A stretch of DNA of 64,000 nt, from the NCBI GenBank assembly GCA_964187785.1, contig OZ076409.1, forward strand, positions 94,366,001-94,430,000, written 5' to 3'. This stretch comes from Amphiscolops sp. MND2022 (taxonomy: Eukaryota). Made by a program: the position numbers and the translations under genes. Below, one piece after another: positions 49,665-64,000 of this stretch. The notes under the pieces are model-generated. The model worked only from the letters and a program-made list of their open reading frames with translations, was not told where the DNA came from and did not search any database. The stretch's first letter is position 1. Each line of letters begins with the position of its first letter.

Positions 49665-51567
49665 ACACCAATGAAAGGTTTCCTTTTTTGGAAATTGAAA
49701 AGACGCTGATGAGAAAACGTGCCCGTCTTTACAATCAATTTTTTACGTTATTGCTTCAAGGGTTTTCAAATATTGATTGTGTTCAAAAAACTGTTGGTAA
49801 TGAGTTACAAGATAGATACTGAAAACTTTTGCGGATATCTAGAAAAAACTTTTCATTCAGTTTATCGAGAACTTTTCTGCGTAACGGCCGGGCCTAGGAA
49901 GCAGAAGGTGCATGGGTTTGTCACGACCCGCTCCCGGTCGTCTCTTCACTTGCTGTGCCGGAATTCCAAAATTCACAAGAAGTTTCAGCCCTGGCTACAG
50001 CAAGTATACTTGAAAACTAAAACTTTAGTTCAACTCTACTTACAGTACAGTTAAACAATTCGCAGATAATTTTTCCGGCAAACTATAAATTCACGTTGGT
50101 ATTACGGAACAATTTTGGGAATGATTTTAACCTAGCTAAAACTTCCGGTTTAAAATTTTACACGTGATCATTTTTAATTCCGGTCTATCGTCCGAAATTC
50201 ACATGCTGATTTAAAAAGCAAAACAGAGACAAATTACGTAACAGAAAATTTGCTCCTCTTTTTGACCCTGAAAGAAAAACATTAAAGATGTAATTAACTC
50301 CGTAATCCCAACGGATTTGATACAACCTAAAATGAAAAACCTACAAAACAGTGGTTGTTTTTCAACATTAAAGTAGTGGTCAAGATTCACTTGAATTACT
50401 GTCAAGTAAGTTAAGAGAATAATCACAACGCTATGACAACGTCACTCAGAGGAACTAGTGACTGGTGTTTCTATTTTTTCGGACCAATAGCGTCGCTCCC
50501 CTAGTTGAGATGTTCGCGCTCACTCCAATAAGAGCGATTTTCTTATGACGTCATTAGCTAAGAGAATGAATAAATGATTGTCCGCCTGCGCACTCCAAAT
50601 TTTCTCCGCGGACCGTCGTTCAGCTTAATAGGTACTGAGACGTTACGGAGCAAATTGTAAGATTGTAACAACGAGTTGGAATTTTAGGCTAGTTTTGATA
50701 CGATTTCTTACAAGAAATGAGGCACTAAGTGATTTTTGGGAATAAAATTTACATAATAAAACTGTATTGTAAAGCGGAATTGTGAAAGTATGTTTGTAAC
50801 CATTAAGGGTGTTTTAAGTTTATACTATGATGATTAAAAGTGAACTGAGAAACCACTGAGAAACTGAGTAAAGAAAAAACCACATTTACTTTACGTTGCA
50901 AGCTATTTATTTCTAGAATATCACTGCTGAACATTTAAATCATATCTATGAACTGTAATTAGGTAGTTTGTCCGAAGATGCAACGTAAGATCATTGTCTT
51001 TCAAATCCAATATACAAGATATGTTTTTTTGCAAGCTAGAGTGATCTGATCTAATAGTTTTGAGCTTTTTACCAACGCTACGTTGTACAATCATGAGCAT
51101 TGCAATGTTGATCCTGTATTTGTTCCTAAACTACTGTTCAAAATTTGTACTATTTTTGGAATAGCGGTCTGTTTCCGTCAAAGTTATGTTATGTTTCGTG
51201 TTGAACTTATAATGTAGACAAATAAGCCATGCAGTTTGTTATTGTGTCCTAATCAGTGTTCATACTGGTGTACAATTGTGGCTTAGTTTATGTTTGTACC
51301 AGTAACCGGGAAGTCTTATTCCAGCATCATTTGTTCCTTTGTTAGAATTTAGGCATTTCTACGCTCTCAAAATATTCACTCCGTTTCAACTGTGTCGCCA
51401 TTTTTGAGTGTCAAACTTTTTTCTTGAACTTCAAAGTTTCCAACTTCGAAACCGACTAATTGATCACGCCGGCGTGCCTACGTCGATGAAAATATTGAAT
51501 TGACTTTAGTTTTGCCGCCATTTTAAGACTAAGCAGGAAATGCAATAACAAAAATGATTTCAACAAA

Positions 51568-52219
51568 TGTTACGGAATGGCGACGGAACTAGAAATTTCG
51601 ATACCTGTTTTTTGACGCAGGAATGAAATGCCTTCAATTATAAAAAACTTTTAGTGAAAAAAACCGACTTTTAGGATGTCTAGGAAATTTTAGACGAGGG
51701 ACAAATGATGCTAGGAAAAAATATATAGCTAGAGATAACATGTAAATTAAGTTAATCTTATTACTGTTGCGCATAATACAATTCACTGGTAATTTTTTTC
51801 TTTGACGAATTCACAAATTCCAAAGACATCATTTCAACCAAAATTGACCACTAGAAGCCAGAAAAGGAAAGCTGTAGCTCAGTTAGCCTCAGAAGAGTTT
51901 GAAGCTTCAACTTCTGAAAACAATCAAACTGAAAACTACGTAGCAGGACCGCGTAAATCTCCCAAAATACACTCTGAGAAACTAGATAAGATTAAAATAT
52001 CTCTAAGAAGGGAAATTATGTCTCATCTCAATAAAATTCTTGCTGACAATCAAAAGGAAATGTTGAAATTGATACCTTCAGCTGTCAAAAAGACATATAC
52101 CGTCCAGAACTTGGAAAACTCTGATTCGGAACCAGAAAACATTTTTACCAAACACAACATCGACCGCAATTAAAACAAAAGCGACTACCTTCAAAACAAC
52201 TCCGGTGAATAGTCGTATA
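51568..52219 (+). mobile_element. Solo-LTR-like unit carrying a gag-like N-terminal ORF
   Basis: Starts TGTTACGG. Contains AAATGATGCTAGGA..ATATATAG and the ORF LTTRSQKRK...AGPRKSP...SLRREI...NQKEMLKL. Ends AGTCGTA (decayed GTCGTAACA). Confidence 0.65.
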
Positions 52220-52744
52220 AGGGTTAGATTCCATTTTGTGCAGACCAATGACCGAAGGGTAACTGCTTTGCAACGGTTCCAGTCTCCCTTTAAATTTCTG
52301 ATTTTCTTCAGCTAAGAAAACAGTTTTTTATTCTGAAGTATTGTTGCTTCTCTCTATGACTTTTTATACGATTCGAACTGTGGGTTTTGATTCTTACCGA
52401 TGATGTTTCAAATTGAACAGCAAAATTTCAGTTCACATAACATGTGTAACGACAAAAAACGCTTCGTCATTATCGTTTGTTTTCACGTTCCGGCAAAAAT
52501 GGTCTGTGGTCAGGGCAGATTAGGGTGGAATTTAACCTTCTTGAAGGTTAATTTTTTCAATGTCCTTTTTCAGAAATATCAACAGTAATCCCGATTGTGT
52601 TGGACCTTGCGAGGTCGAAGACCAGGCGAACTCTATTTTTTTTCATATGTTATTTTGGAGCTCTATATGCTGAAAAGAAATAATCAGTTTTCAGATGAGT
52701 GAACGGGCTTTAGCAAAAAAGTTTCCTAACACTTTTGAAAATTT

Positions 52745-53258
52745 TTAAATCTCAAATTCCTCTGAAGTCCCTGTTATGATACCTGCTGTGCCTTTTAGAA
52801 ACTTGTCTTTGTTGTTGGTTTCATGTACACCAAAACCAGCGTCGTGACTGCCGAATACCGAGATGAAAGCTTGTTTAACTTTCAGTTGGAACGGTTTGAG
52901 AATTATGATGTAGAATAGGGGATTTAGTTGCGAAAAGAACAAGCAAATATGTTCCCTTACTGCAAAAGATCCCTCTTTCACAGTGTCCAAAAAGTTTCGG
53001 CTGGCAGCCAACTTCCACAAATAGTAATCATAAAAACCCACAGCGAAAGACATAATCACATAATATAGAGTCCAGCAAATTATCCTGCATAACCAATTGA
53101 GAAACATCGCAATAACGAGGCGTCGGTTTCGGTCTTCATCGCGATCCCTGTTCAAAAGGACCCGGAAAATTGGTACATAACAAAACCCAGTAAGAACTGC
53201 AGGAATTGCAAGGCAGACAATCATGTCCCACATTAGTCGCAAGTTCTTGTAATTGTTC
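52745..53258 (-). CDS. GPCR (rhodopsin/class A-like), exon 3: TM5-TM7 and C-terminus
   Basis: Pyrimidine tract plus CAG acceptor (53261-53259). TM5 DMIVCLAIPAVLTGFCY, TM6 VIAMFLNWLCRIICWTLYY, TM7 SQLNPLFY (NPxxY). Confidence 0.85.
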
Positions 53259-54929
53259 CTGGAAGGAGAGGTCAAAATCTTCGATGTAACAAATTGATTT
53301 TAGGTTGATAGTAACATTTTTAAATCGGATGCGTCTCCTTGAACAGGAAACGAAATGAAATGCATTTCAATCAGTTAGGAGAAACTGTTTATTTTTCTAA
53401 AGTGCGTTATCACTGTGGGTTGTTTTTCCTAATTAGCAATTTGCCCTTTGAATTTTGAAGTTAACTCCATTTGGAGTTTCGATAATATCCACCACAAAGA
53501 TTCGTTGCCACCAGTGGATATCAGGGGTATTTTTGAGTTATTCCTAAAAACCTTCTAAAACTGTTGCCAGAATTGAATAAATTAGGCCAATATAAGAAGC
53601 TAAATTGACTGAATTGGTGCAAAAAGGGAGTCGCATTTCCAACTAGTGCCCGGATGACAGATTTAACCCCAAGCGAACAAATTATTGCCATCTTACGTTC
53701 ATTTTAATTTTGGGGAACCTTCAAAGGACACCTACATCAGGACAAACTCGCGAATGAAAAGAATATCAGAGTTGCTGATTTTTCATTCAGGGCTTCTTAA
53801 CTGGAAAATAAAAATAACAGCTCAACAACGAAGAAGATAGCTTAGCTGGTACAGTTACGACTAGGGTTGGGGTCATTATTTTGAACAGAACAAAAAATCG
53901 AGTATTGTATCGTCTTCCTTAATGGTACGATCCCCTGTTTTAGGTTTAAGCAGTTTCAACAGTTCTCTCTGAGATTCTGCAAGCACACTTCTGATCTCGG
54001 TAGTGTTGCAGCCTCCTGGTTGTTCTTGTCCAGTTATGCAAGTGTATAAAGAGAACCACAGAAGCAGCCCCGAGAGGCAAACTTGTCTTAATAGAACTTT
54101 ATAAACTGCCTAACCCCACTAACTTTTAGTGTTTCATTGTTTGTTTTGATTGAAATATCGAGCCATGTATATATTTGTTTCTAATTTTTTCTCCTTTTGA
54201 AGTGTAAAAGATAATCATGAGTTGATGGCTTCCTTGACACTTTACCTTGGTCACAAAGCCAACTGATGAGTCATCTTGCCAAACTTAGATTGTTCTCATG
54301 AATGGAACTTGATGATTACTTATTACATGATTTTTGAACCATTAATCATGCGTCACTATGCAGAAACCTTAGTGACGTATGTACTTCATTGTGCTGTTTT
54401 TAAATACTATTTATGCCGTATCATGCGGAAACTTCCAGACGCATATACAGCAACATGCGGAATTTCGTTACCGCATATGCGGCATTGTTCGGAAATCCAT
54501 CATTTCTCCCACACAGTGCTATGGTCTATTCATACGTCACTAGGCGGAAAAATAAAGACGTATATACGGTAATATACGGATTTCCAGGGTTCTCACCATA
54601 TTTGTGCAATACTCAATCTGACTGCTATGCCACGTTAATTTTAAAGCTTTATAAAGAAGTAAGGCATATGACGCAGTTCTTTTTATATATTTTGGGAATC
54701 ATGACACTCATAAAAACGGGAGTAGTCCTATATATTTTCCTTGTTGCATAAAAGTGCAGGAACTAACCATTCTTCTGAATAAATCTCACCAGAAGCAGTT
54801 GTCTAAAACTTTGACCCAACCTTTGCAATGCAGTTTTTTTGATCAACGTTTGTTCTGCTCTTTCAATTCGTTTTGTCGACGGTTCTTGAATATGTTCAAA
54901 TTCTTCCCTAGCAATCTCAACACATTTTT

Positions 54930-55272
54930 CACTTGGGAAAGATGGGAAACACGTAAAACAGAAAGTCCAGGAGATTGGAAACACCGTCTCCTGTCAGGGA
55001 CTTGAGGGAAGTAGAGGTAGAGACGAAAAAAAGGTAATGAAACTTTGACTAATGTCAATACCGTTGTTCAGGAAACTTCAGGTGAAGACGAATCAAGGCC
55101 ACAGTTTTGGTAGAACATAGCCAAATTAGTTATGAGATCCAAGCATTGACTGAAAACTTCGAACAAAAGAACAACGACAGAATAATGAAAATGAGGGAAG
55201 AGATGAAAAACAAGTTGGAAGCAATTTCGAAAGAAATAAGAACAAACAAAAGTGCATCAACAGTAACAACAC
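54930..55272 (+). mobile_element. Fragment resembling a retrotransposon gag N-terminus (coiled-coil)
   Basis: MGNT..RKSRRLETPSP...EQKNNDRIMKMREEMKNKLEAISKEIRTNKSAS across frames. Truncated by a cluster of TCTTGCAAGA repeats. Confidence 0.35.
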
Positions 55273-56329
55273 TTGTCGAGAAAAAAAGCATGTCTTGCAA
55301 GCTTCTTGCAAGACAATCATGAAAAATGTAAATCTTGCAAGATTCTGACAGAAAAAGCAAATTTGACAGAAAAGTCATATCTTGCAAGAATCTTGCAAGA
55401 TTCTTGAAAGACTGGCATCACCAAGAAGAATTTCTTGCAAGATTTACATCACTATGCAGAAAAAAACTCTGCTGCAAATTGAGAAGTTTCTATGGCCGTG
55501 GACATAAAGCATTAAAATAGAAACAAATCTCCAAACCACCTGTTTATATTTAGGATCCTAAACATTGCACAAAAAAATTCTTCTTGAACGACTCTGATTC
55601 AATGCTCACTGGAATTGCATCTAACTGTATCGGATCAAAGTTGAACCGTTTCTGTTTTGAAGGGAATGACTGTTTCAATTGCCAAATTATCTTTAGGAGG
55701 GGCAGCCTGTGAAAAACAACTACCATTCGAGGAGTTGAAGACGAACGTCTCAGGTTTATTTTCGGATTCCATTCAAAATCTGATTCTTGTTTTTAGAGTC
55801 TAAAATGAATCTTTAGTACCTCGATGATTACAGAACTGTTTTTGAAGACCTCAAAAAAGATGTATCCTGAAAAATTCATCGGAACAAAATCAGCCCCACA
55901 AAAATTTATTTTTTTAACGTCGACGTTACTGCAAAACGATGCTCTACCAATTTAGTTTCTTTTAAAAAATCTACTGGTTTACACGGTACTTCTTGCACTA
56001 AGGATGCTTGTCGCTTCTCACGTTATGCTACGCTCAATTCTCTCGTGAAGTAGACGTTGGAATCACTCGACTTGCCTTCAATGGGAAATAGGTAAACAGC
56101 TGGTGTGAGATTTAAATCCCGATCTGATCAACCTTCGGGATCCAAAAATGATAGTTCTATTGGAATTCAAGCATCTAACATTGAAAATTCAGACACATAA
56201 GATGAAGATCACCCCCTTAGGTCCTCTGATATGAAAGGGTTAAAGAATCCTACTAGACCTTTTTACCAAAGCGTACCGAAGTTAGAGGAAACAATAATAT
56301 CAAGTGAAGACTCTGAGGTGGAGGATTAT

Positions 56330-56705
56330 TACAGGAAGATATTTCCTCATTCAAAGAAGCTCTCAGACTCTCTGAAGTACTATTTTCAACTCTCGGGGCT
56401 TTAGCTTGGGAGGGACCCGCTATCAAGACGTCTTGTTATACTAAACCTAGATCCTCAACCAAAATTGGTGATACGATGCTTTCACTTACATTTTTGTTGC
56501 TTTTCTGAACGACATTTAATCTCTTTTGACTTCTCTCATTGACATCTTGATGAAACGATTTTCGCGTTTTTCGAGTTTGTTTTGAAGTTCGTAGTAATAT
56601 CTTTTTAACAAAACAAAGTTGAGTTCGATGCGAGATGTTCACAGAAGGAATGAAAGTTTTTTTTACAAATTCAAGCTACATCTTCCCTCCTAGCATCATT
56701 TGATC
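56330..56705 (-). mobile_element. Third copy of the LTR/gag-N family
   Basis: Minus strand AAATGATGCTAGGA, then ERSQKR...NVSESIVSPILVE...IAGPSQAKSPRVENSTSESLRASLNEEI. Confidence 0.65.
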
Positions 56706-57099
56706 ACGATTGCATACACAACTTTTCCTCGAACAACTTGTCACTTCCTGTACTTTTGTGGTGAAATTCACCCAGATTTTCAAATTCTGAATACAAGATG
56801 AATATTATGGTATTAGTCATCGCACATGATGGTATCATTTGATTTCATCGTCCTTTTCATTCCCTCTCAAGCAGGTAGTAGATTTGAACCTATGAAACCG
56901 GAAAAGCGTCCATGTTTCACTGCATTGGTTCGCGGACAATTTGACGAGGAGATGAAGCAGGCGTAAACAATGATTATCTGATTTTTGAAGTTCAATTTGA
57001 GGAAAACAAAATGGGTTGGTAGTTCAGATTATTTCCTAGATGGACAGTACATTAAAAGACTTTAACAGAGCTGCAGTATTAGGTGTCGAAACGGTGACA

Positions 57100-60000
57100 A
57101 CTTCATGGGAAAGACTTTATTATCGTTGTGAATGGTTACAAATCAAAGAAACGTTTTACAGGATAGAATACGTTTTGATTGTAAACTAGACACATTAAAA
57201 TTCAAAATGCGTACATCAAGTCTAGACATTCCGATAAGAGGTAAGGGGGATAATGTTTATTTTTTTTGGATTTTAGGAAAATCATCCGACTGGGTTTTGA
57301 AAAATAAAAATTTGAATTTTTACCGCTAGATGAGTTTAGGATTCAGAGGGGTCAATGAAATTCATTTCGAGAACGAATGTCTGAGTTTGTTTTTTTTGTC
57401 TAAAATTGGTTTAGGATAGTAGAAGAGTTGGTGTTAAAGTTCAGAAGGACTAGAGACGGTGTGAAACGGTAGCTTTCTGTTTTGTTATTATTATATAAAA
57501 TCATGTTTTAAACGGAGATTTCCACCAAGTTGTAATTATTCTTTTCTTACGTGAGTTTCATGCGAATATGTAATTTTTAGCTTCAGACAGAATAAAAAGG
57601 TGGAGTTACGTTTACGTTTTAGGTTGAATTAAGTGGGGTTTCAAGAGGTGTAAGGTTTTGATATATTTTAATTTTATTTTACATGTTGCATTCTCGGAAC
57701 TTTTGGTTTGGAACGTTTGAATTGTTAGACAATTTTAGCTTTGAACGTTCCGTGCGGGATTTGGAAAATTGACGACGGAGGTGAGAGTAGTTGACAAGTG
57801 AAAGAGCGACGTAGAAGAAATGAGAATGCCTTAAGAAGAGCAGAGAAAAAAATGTTGTCGGCCAAATTGACAAACATGTAGCTTTATGAGTTCTCAGTTC
57901 AACTTAAGTATTAATCTTGTGTGTGCGTTTTTTGTACAAACTAATATAAAATAAGATTTGGAAGAGCTTCAGCGGCAAGAAGGTAAATGCAGGCATGAAT
58001 AAAGTCAATGGAGTTCAAAAAAACTAATGTTAGTCAACATTTGTACAGGAAGTGGTCACATGCGGCGTGTAAAAAGAGTTGAAAAAATTTTTTCATTAAA
58101 AAAAACGATATCAAAAAACTTCATTCGAGTGGAAGTCAATATCAGAGGTGAGAAAGGTGAGTAGGCCCTTTCATGTGAACTAAGAAGGATGAAAAGGAAG
58201 ACCAAACGTCTTTTAGAACTGATTGAGTAACTTTTGAAAATTTTTAGAGAGTAGGTGCGGTTGAAAAAAGCAGTGTATATTAAAAAAAGGTATTTAAAGG
58301 GAGGAAATTTGAAAATGTTGAGGAAAGCTCCAAATAGGAGACAAGTTGAAATAGTAGGAGGTAGGTCGAAATGATTACAAGCGAAAAATTGTGGTTAGAA
58401 TTGGAAGCAGGGACACAAAGTTTGGTGAAAAAGAATTTCTCTCAGCATTTCTTAAGTTTTGTCAGAATGAACGGCAAAAAATAAAAACTATGCAGACGCT
58501 TGGGTATGCGAATCGAAGGGGGTAAAGGGAGAAAAAGTATGGGGGTTGGGGGTCATTATGAGACTAAGATTTAAAAAGTTTAAAACTTCTGAAACTTATA
58601 GTTTTATTAGTACAATTTTCAATCGTTATCGATTGTAATCAATGGAACAATGTCGTTAGAAGAATTGCGGGGGATGGGTTGTAATTGTTTCTATAATAAT
58701 GGGATTTAGCGTGTGGGACGAGTGTCGTGGAGGGAAAGAACAATATGCTTCGCGCAAATGTGATCGGTGCAGGAGGTAACATCGCAAACAATTACTGCAA
58801 TTTTTAGGAAGTATGTGGATAAAAAGACGGGAAAATTGAGTTTTAGCGTGAAAAAGGTCTTTAATTTTTGTTAATTTGAGGGGGTTAAATGAATGACACT
58901 TTTATCTTTTTATCGACATTAGCTATTTTTTTTAATTATCAAAGAGCAAATAATAAATATAATGTTCATGAAGTTTCAAAGTTATTGTATTGAATGAATT
59001 GCTGTTTATACAACGCAGAATGGACTATCCATTTGATGACAGAGCCAGCTTCACCTTGGGGCAACTGTGGGCGTATCGGGTGGCGGGGCTTGCGACGTTG
59101 CAGGTTGCGGGTCAACTGATGAACTTCTGATTTTTTTGGATGTGGGACGAAGAAGCCACAGCATCCAATGGTTGTAGGTGAAGAGACGAAGAAGTGGAGA
59201 TTGTGCATTCCAATGACGAAGTGGAAGGCAGTGACGAGGAAGATGACATCGGAGTAGAAGACAGAGAAATAGAAGTGACTGTGGAGGTTGGGAGGGCAAA
59301 AGTGGAAGAAGTTGGAAAAGTAGGCGCGGAAAGAAGAGAGTCTAGCATTTGGTTGTGGAGGATGTGAATATGCTATTGTGGAGGAAGGGTATGGAGTGGA
59401 GGAAGAAAGCATTGTCAATATCAGAAGAAAATGACGTTCAATCGTGATTACTAAAACAACCTTTTTTATGAATGTTTTTGTAGATGTGAATGTGATTAAC
59501 TTTGTTTAGTGTAAGTTCAAAATGTGTTGTGTCGTATGATGTTGTGATTAATAATTTTTCGATGGAAAGAAGCAGAGAAGTGAAGAATGTGAATAGATGT
59601 TTAAAAAGAATAGTTAGCAGATTTAGAGTCGCAAGAGATCTTGAAAGGAATCTGCTTGTTTTTTAATTTGACTTTTTTATTGGAGTTTTCTTGAGGAGAG
59701 TCTACAATTTCTACTCAAATGATCGGAAACGAAGTTCCTGAAGTTCTGAGCGAGTGGACTTGAGAGAGTTACTGGTGAAAATGAAACTATTTAGGTTTGA
59801 AAAGAAGTAAATTAGTTTTTTTGATGAAAAGGGATATCTGGGTTCTAATAAAAAAGGTTAACGTTATGAGAATAGGGAACAAGTGGAAGCTTTTGTAAAA
59901 GAGCAAGAGAGTTTTAATTGAGATTGATTGAACAAAAGAGTTTATGCCAAAAGTGTCAAAATGTGAAAGTGAACATAGTAGCTTCTTGCGAGATGTCAAT

Positions 60001-60480
60001 TAAAATATTTTCTGGTTGACAATTCGAGAAAAGAAAAAAATTGCATTTAGGGAAACTGAATGGTGAATGAAAGAGTTTTAAACGATAACAGAAGCTGTAA
60101 AAGAAGGAGCTAAAGATGTTGGAGTAAAGATGAAAGCGGAAATGTTTAAGATGAGTTGGCGAATTGAGGAGGAACAAGTTTTTTGAGGATATCATTAATG
60201 TGTATTGTAGGCAGAGTTAGAGTATGTATGTCATTGTTATGGAGTTGCCGAATATTTAGAAGTGTACGATAGGCGTCGAATGGCTAAGTAGAATTTGAGA
60301 TTTCAGTATCAAATTTACCAGTTGGGAAAGAGAAGTAGTTTATACAAACGTTAGGGTTAACAGTTTGCGATAGATATGAAGAGGAGAACGGTTGAACAAA
60401 AAGTGGGAGGGGGTACGTGAGAGATTTCAAGAGCCGTGGATGATAAAGGAACGAGCTTAGGTAAAGCTTTATTTGTTTCA
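57100..60480 (-). mobile_element. Heavily decayed retroelement-like segment (compositional call)
   Basis: The plus strand is abruptly C-poor and G/A/T-rich, mirroring the G-poor sense strand of the env-bearing elements. Ser/Thr/Pro-rich minus-strand ORF remnants. No diagnostic motif recognised. Confidence 0.4.
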
Positions 60481-60573
60481 TCAGGAATATTGCGTCATTG
60501 TCAAATTTCCCTGGTATTGAAAGCGAAACTAAACAAGAACATAGTCAAATACTTGTCTTTCGAAAGTTTATCT

Positions 60574-62808
<2,235 letters not shown>

Positions 62809-62897
62809 GAACCTTTATTACTCTGGGAGAGACGAATACACTCTCGGTTCCAGTGAGTCCCTTGAGTCAACCTGAGTGTCAATTTTTTGACCCCTGC

Positions 62898-63243
62898 CTC
62901 AGAGCAAAATTAGCACAGTTGAATACAAAACGTGGTAGTTTGGAATCTGCATAGAGCCCATAATCATAATCGTAATCATAGTAATCGTCGTAGTCATAGT
63001 CATGTTGATATGTTTGGGTTGGTCGAAAATTAATGGACATGTCCCACACATTGAAGGCTAAAAGTGTGATGATAGCCACAACAAGACCTGCTGAAAGTGC
63101 CTTTAATCTGTTCCCAGCCAAAATATCGGACGTTGGAAGACATATCAAACAATATCTGATGAACGCTGAAGCAAGAATACATAATCCAGTTGAGAACTCA
63201 TTGACAATCAGTCGGAAGAATGTCAATGCACAGCCAAGTTTTC
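62898..63243 (-). CDS. GPCR exon 2: TM3-TM4 and ECL2
   Basis: KLGCALTFFRLIVNEFSTGLCILASAFIRYCLICLP (TM3 Cys; IRY variant of DRY), TM4 LSAGLVVAIITLLAFNVW, ECL2 Cys (FNCANF). In frame with exons 1 and 3. Confidence 0.85.
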
Positions 63244-63506
63244 CTTTGTAAATAGGCTTTTTCAGCTTTTTCTGGAGATAATTCGCTGAAGGATAAATCA
63301 AAGTGAAAATATTTTCATTCTTCGTCAAGTAAGTACTGTACATCTTTGAAGTTTTTCGCCTACTTATAATTCTTGATCCGTGTTAACGTTAAGAATTCAA
63401 AATGACCATCATGAATTATTAGAGCTACTCAAACGCTCAAGTCGAATTTTTCATGAATTTCATAGAAAACGATTTCATGAAGCAAAAAAGCAGAGCTGAA
63501 AAATGC

Positions 63507-63915
63507 CTGGTAATATTTGATAATCCAACATAAGTTCGAAGTCCAGCGGGTAATCATCGTCTTCACCTGAATAGATCGACCGAAAGTTTTTAAACGAGAG
63601 AATCACGTAAACCAAGTTTGAGATCCCAGGACCTATCAGATCAATTAATGCTTGCAGTCCAATTGGGAAAAAAAGCAGACTCTTAAACTCTTGGGTTGTT
63701 AGCAGGCAATAGAGAAGAAAAGCATTGAAGGTAAAACAGAAAAGACTTCCAATTATCGACAAAACTGTGGACCATTCATAGAACACCACCATTGCTTCAG
63801 CAGAATGTGAGAAGCGCGCGTAATCAAGATCATATGGTGCAAAACTTGTCTCTGACGTGCTAAGGGAAGCAGTGGTTGTGTTTGTTGTTTCGTTGCCGAA
63901 CATCATAACTTCCAT
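63507..63915 (-). CDS. GPCR exon 1: N-terminus, TM1-TM2
   Basis: ATG at 63915. N-glycosylation sequons (NET, NTT). TM1 VLSIIGSLFCFTFNAFLLY, TM2 FFPIGLQALIDLIGP. Exon lengths 409+346+514 = 1269 nt = 422 aa plus stop. Confidence 0.85.
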
Positions 63916-64000
63916 AACTAAACTTTCTGAAAACAAAACGAATTGAAGAGAAGAAGTGGTAAAGAGAAGACGTGATCATTAGCCTTCAATTATGACAAAA

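Noticed and set aside
50440..50660. Promoter with CCAAT boxes and a CRE (TGACGTCA at 50546)
   Set aside because: Short motifs only; no linked transcript start or gene could be established, and it may be repeat-derived.
56680..56690. PPT plus 3' LTR start on the minus strand (GGAGGGAAGA-TGTAGC)
   Set aside because: It overlaps the AAATGATGCTAGGA motif shared with the 18080 and 51705 copies, so it is internal to that repeat family.

Overview
AT-rich, transposon-dominated eukaryotic (animal-like) DNA with no prokaryotic features. (1) A complete but frameshifted Ty3/gypsy LTR retrotransposon at 1063-7007 has 206-bp LTRs, a GTTGA target-site duplication (TSD), PBS and PPT. (2) A ~17.4-kb decayed, retrovirus-like Ty3/gypsy element at 18568-35985 has the layout gag (with an Arg/Ser-rich tail)-pro-pol-env. 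Its env resembles class III (chuvirus G / herpesvirus gB-like) fusion proteins, and two extra ORFs follow it. A more diverged relative lies directly behind it (35986-38970). (3) Remnants of another gypsy element, a BEL/Pao element and a LINE, plus MITEs, Helentron/DINE-like repeats and solo-LTR-like units. (4) A 2.2-kb (TAAC)n array that looks like an expanded retroposon tail. (5) A three-exon rhodopsin-class GPCR gene on the minus strand (63915->52745, 422 aa when spliced). Both of its introns are GC-AG and are bounded by terminal inverted repeats (TIRs) starting GGCA, so they look transposon-created (introner-like). All family assignments come from motif recognition by eye; no database searches were run.
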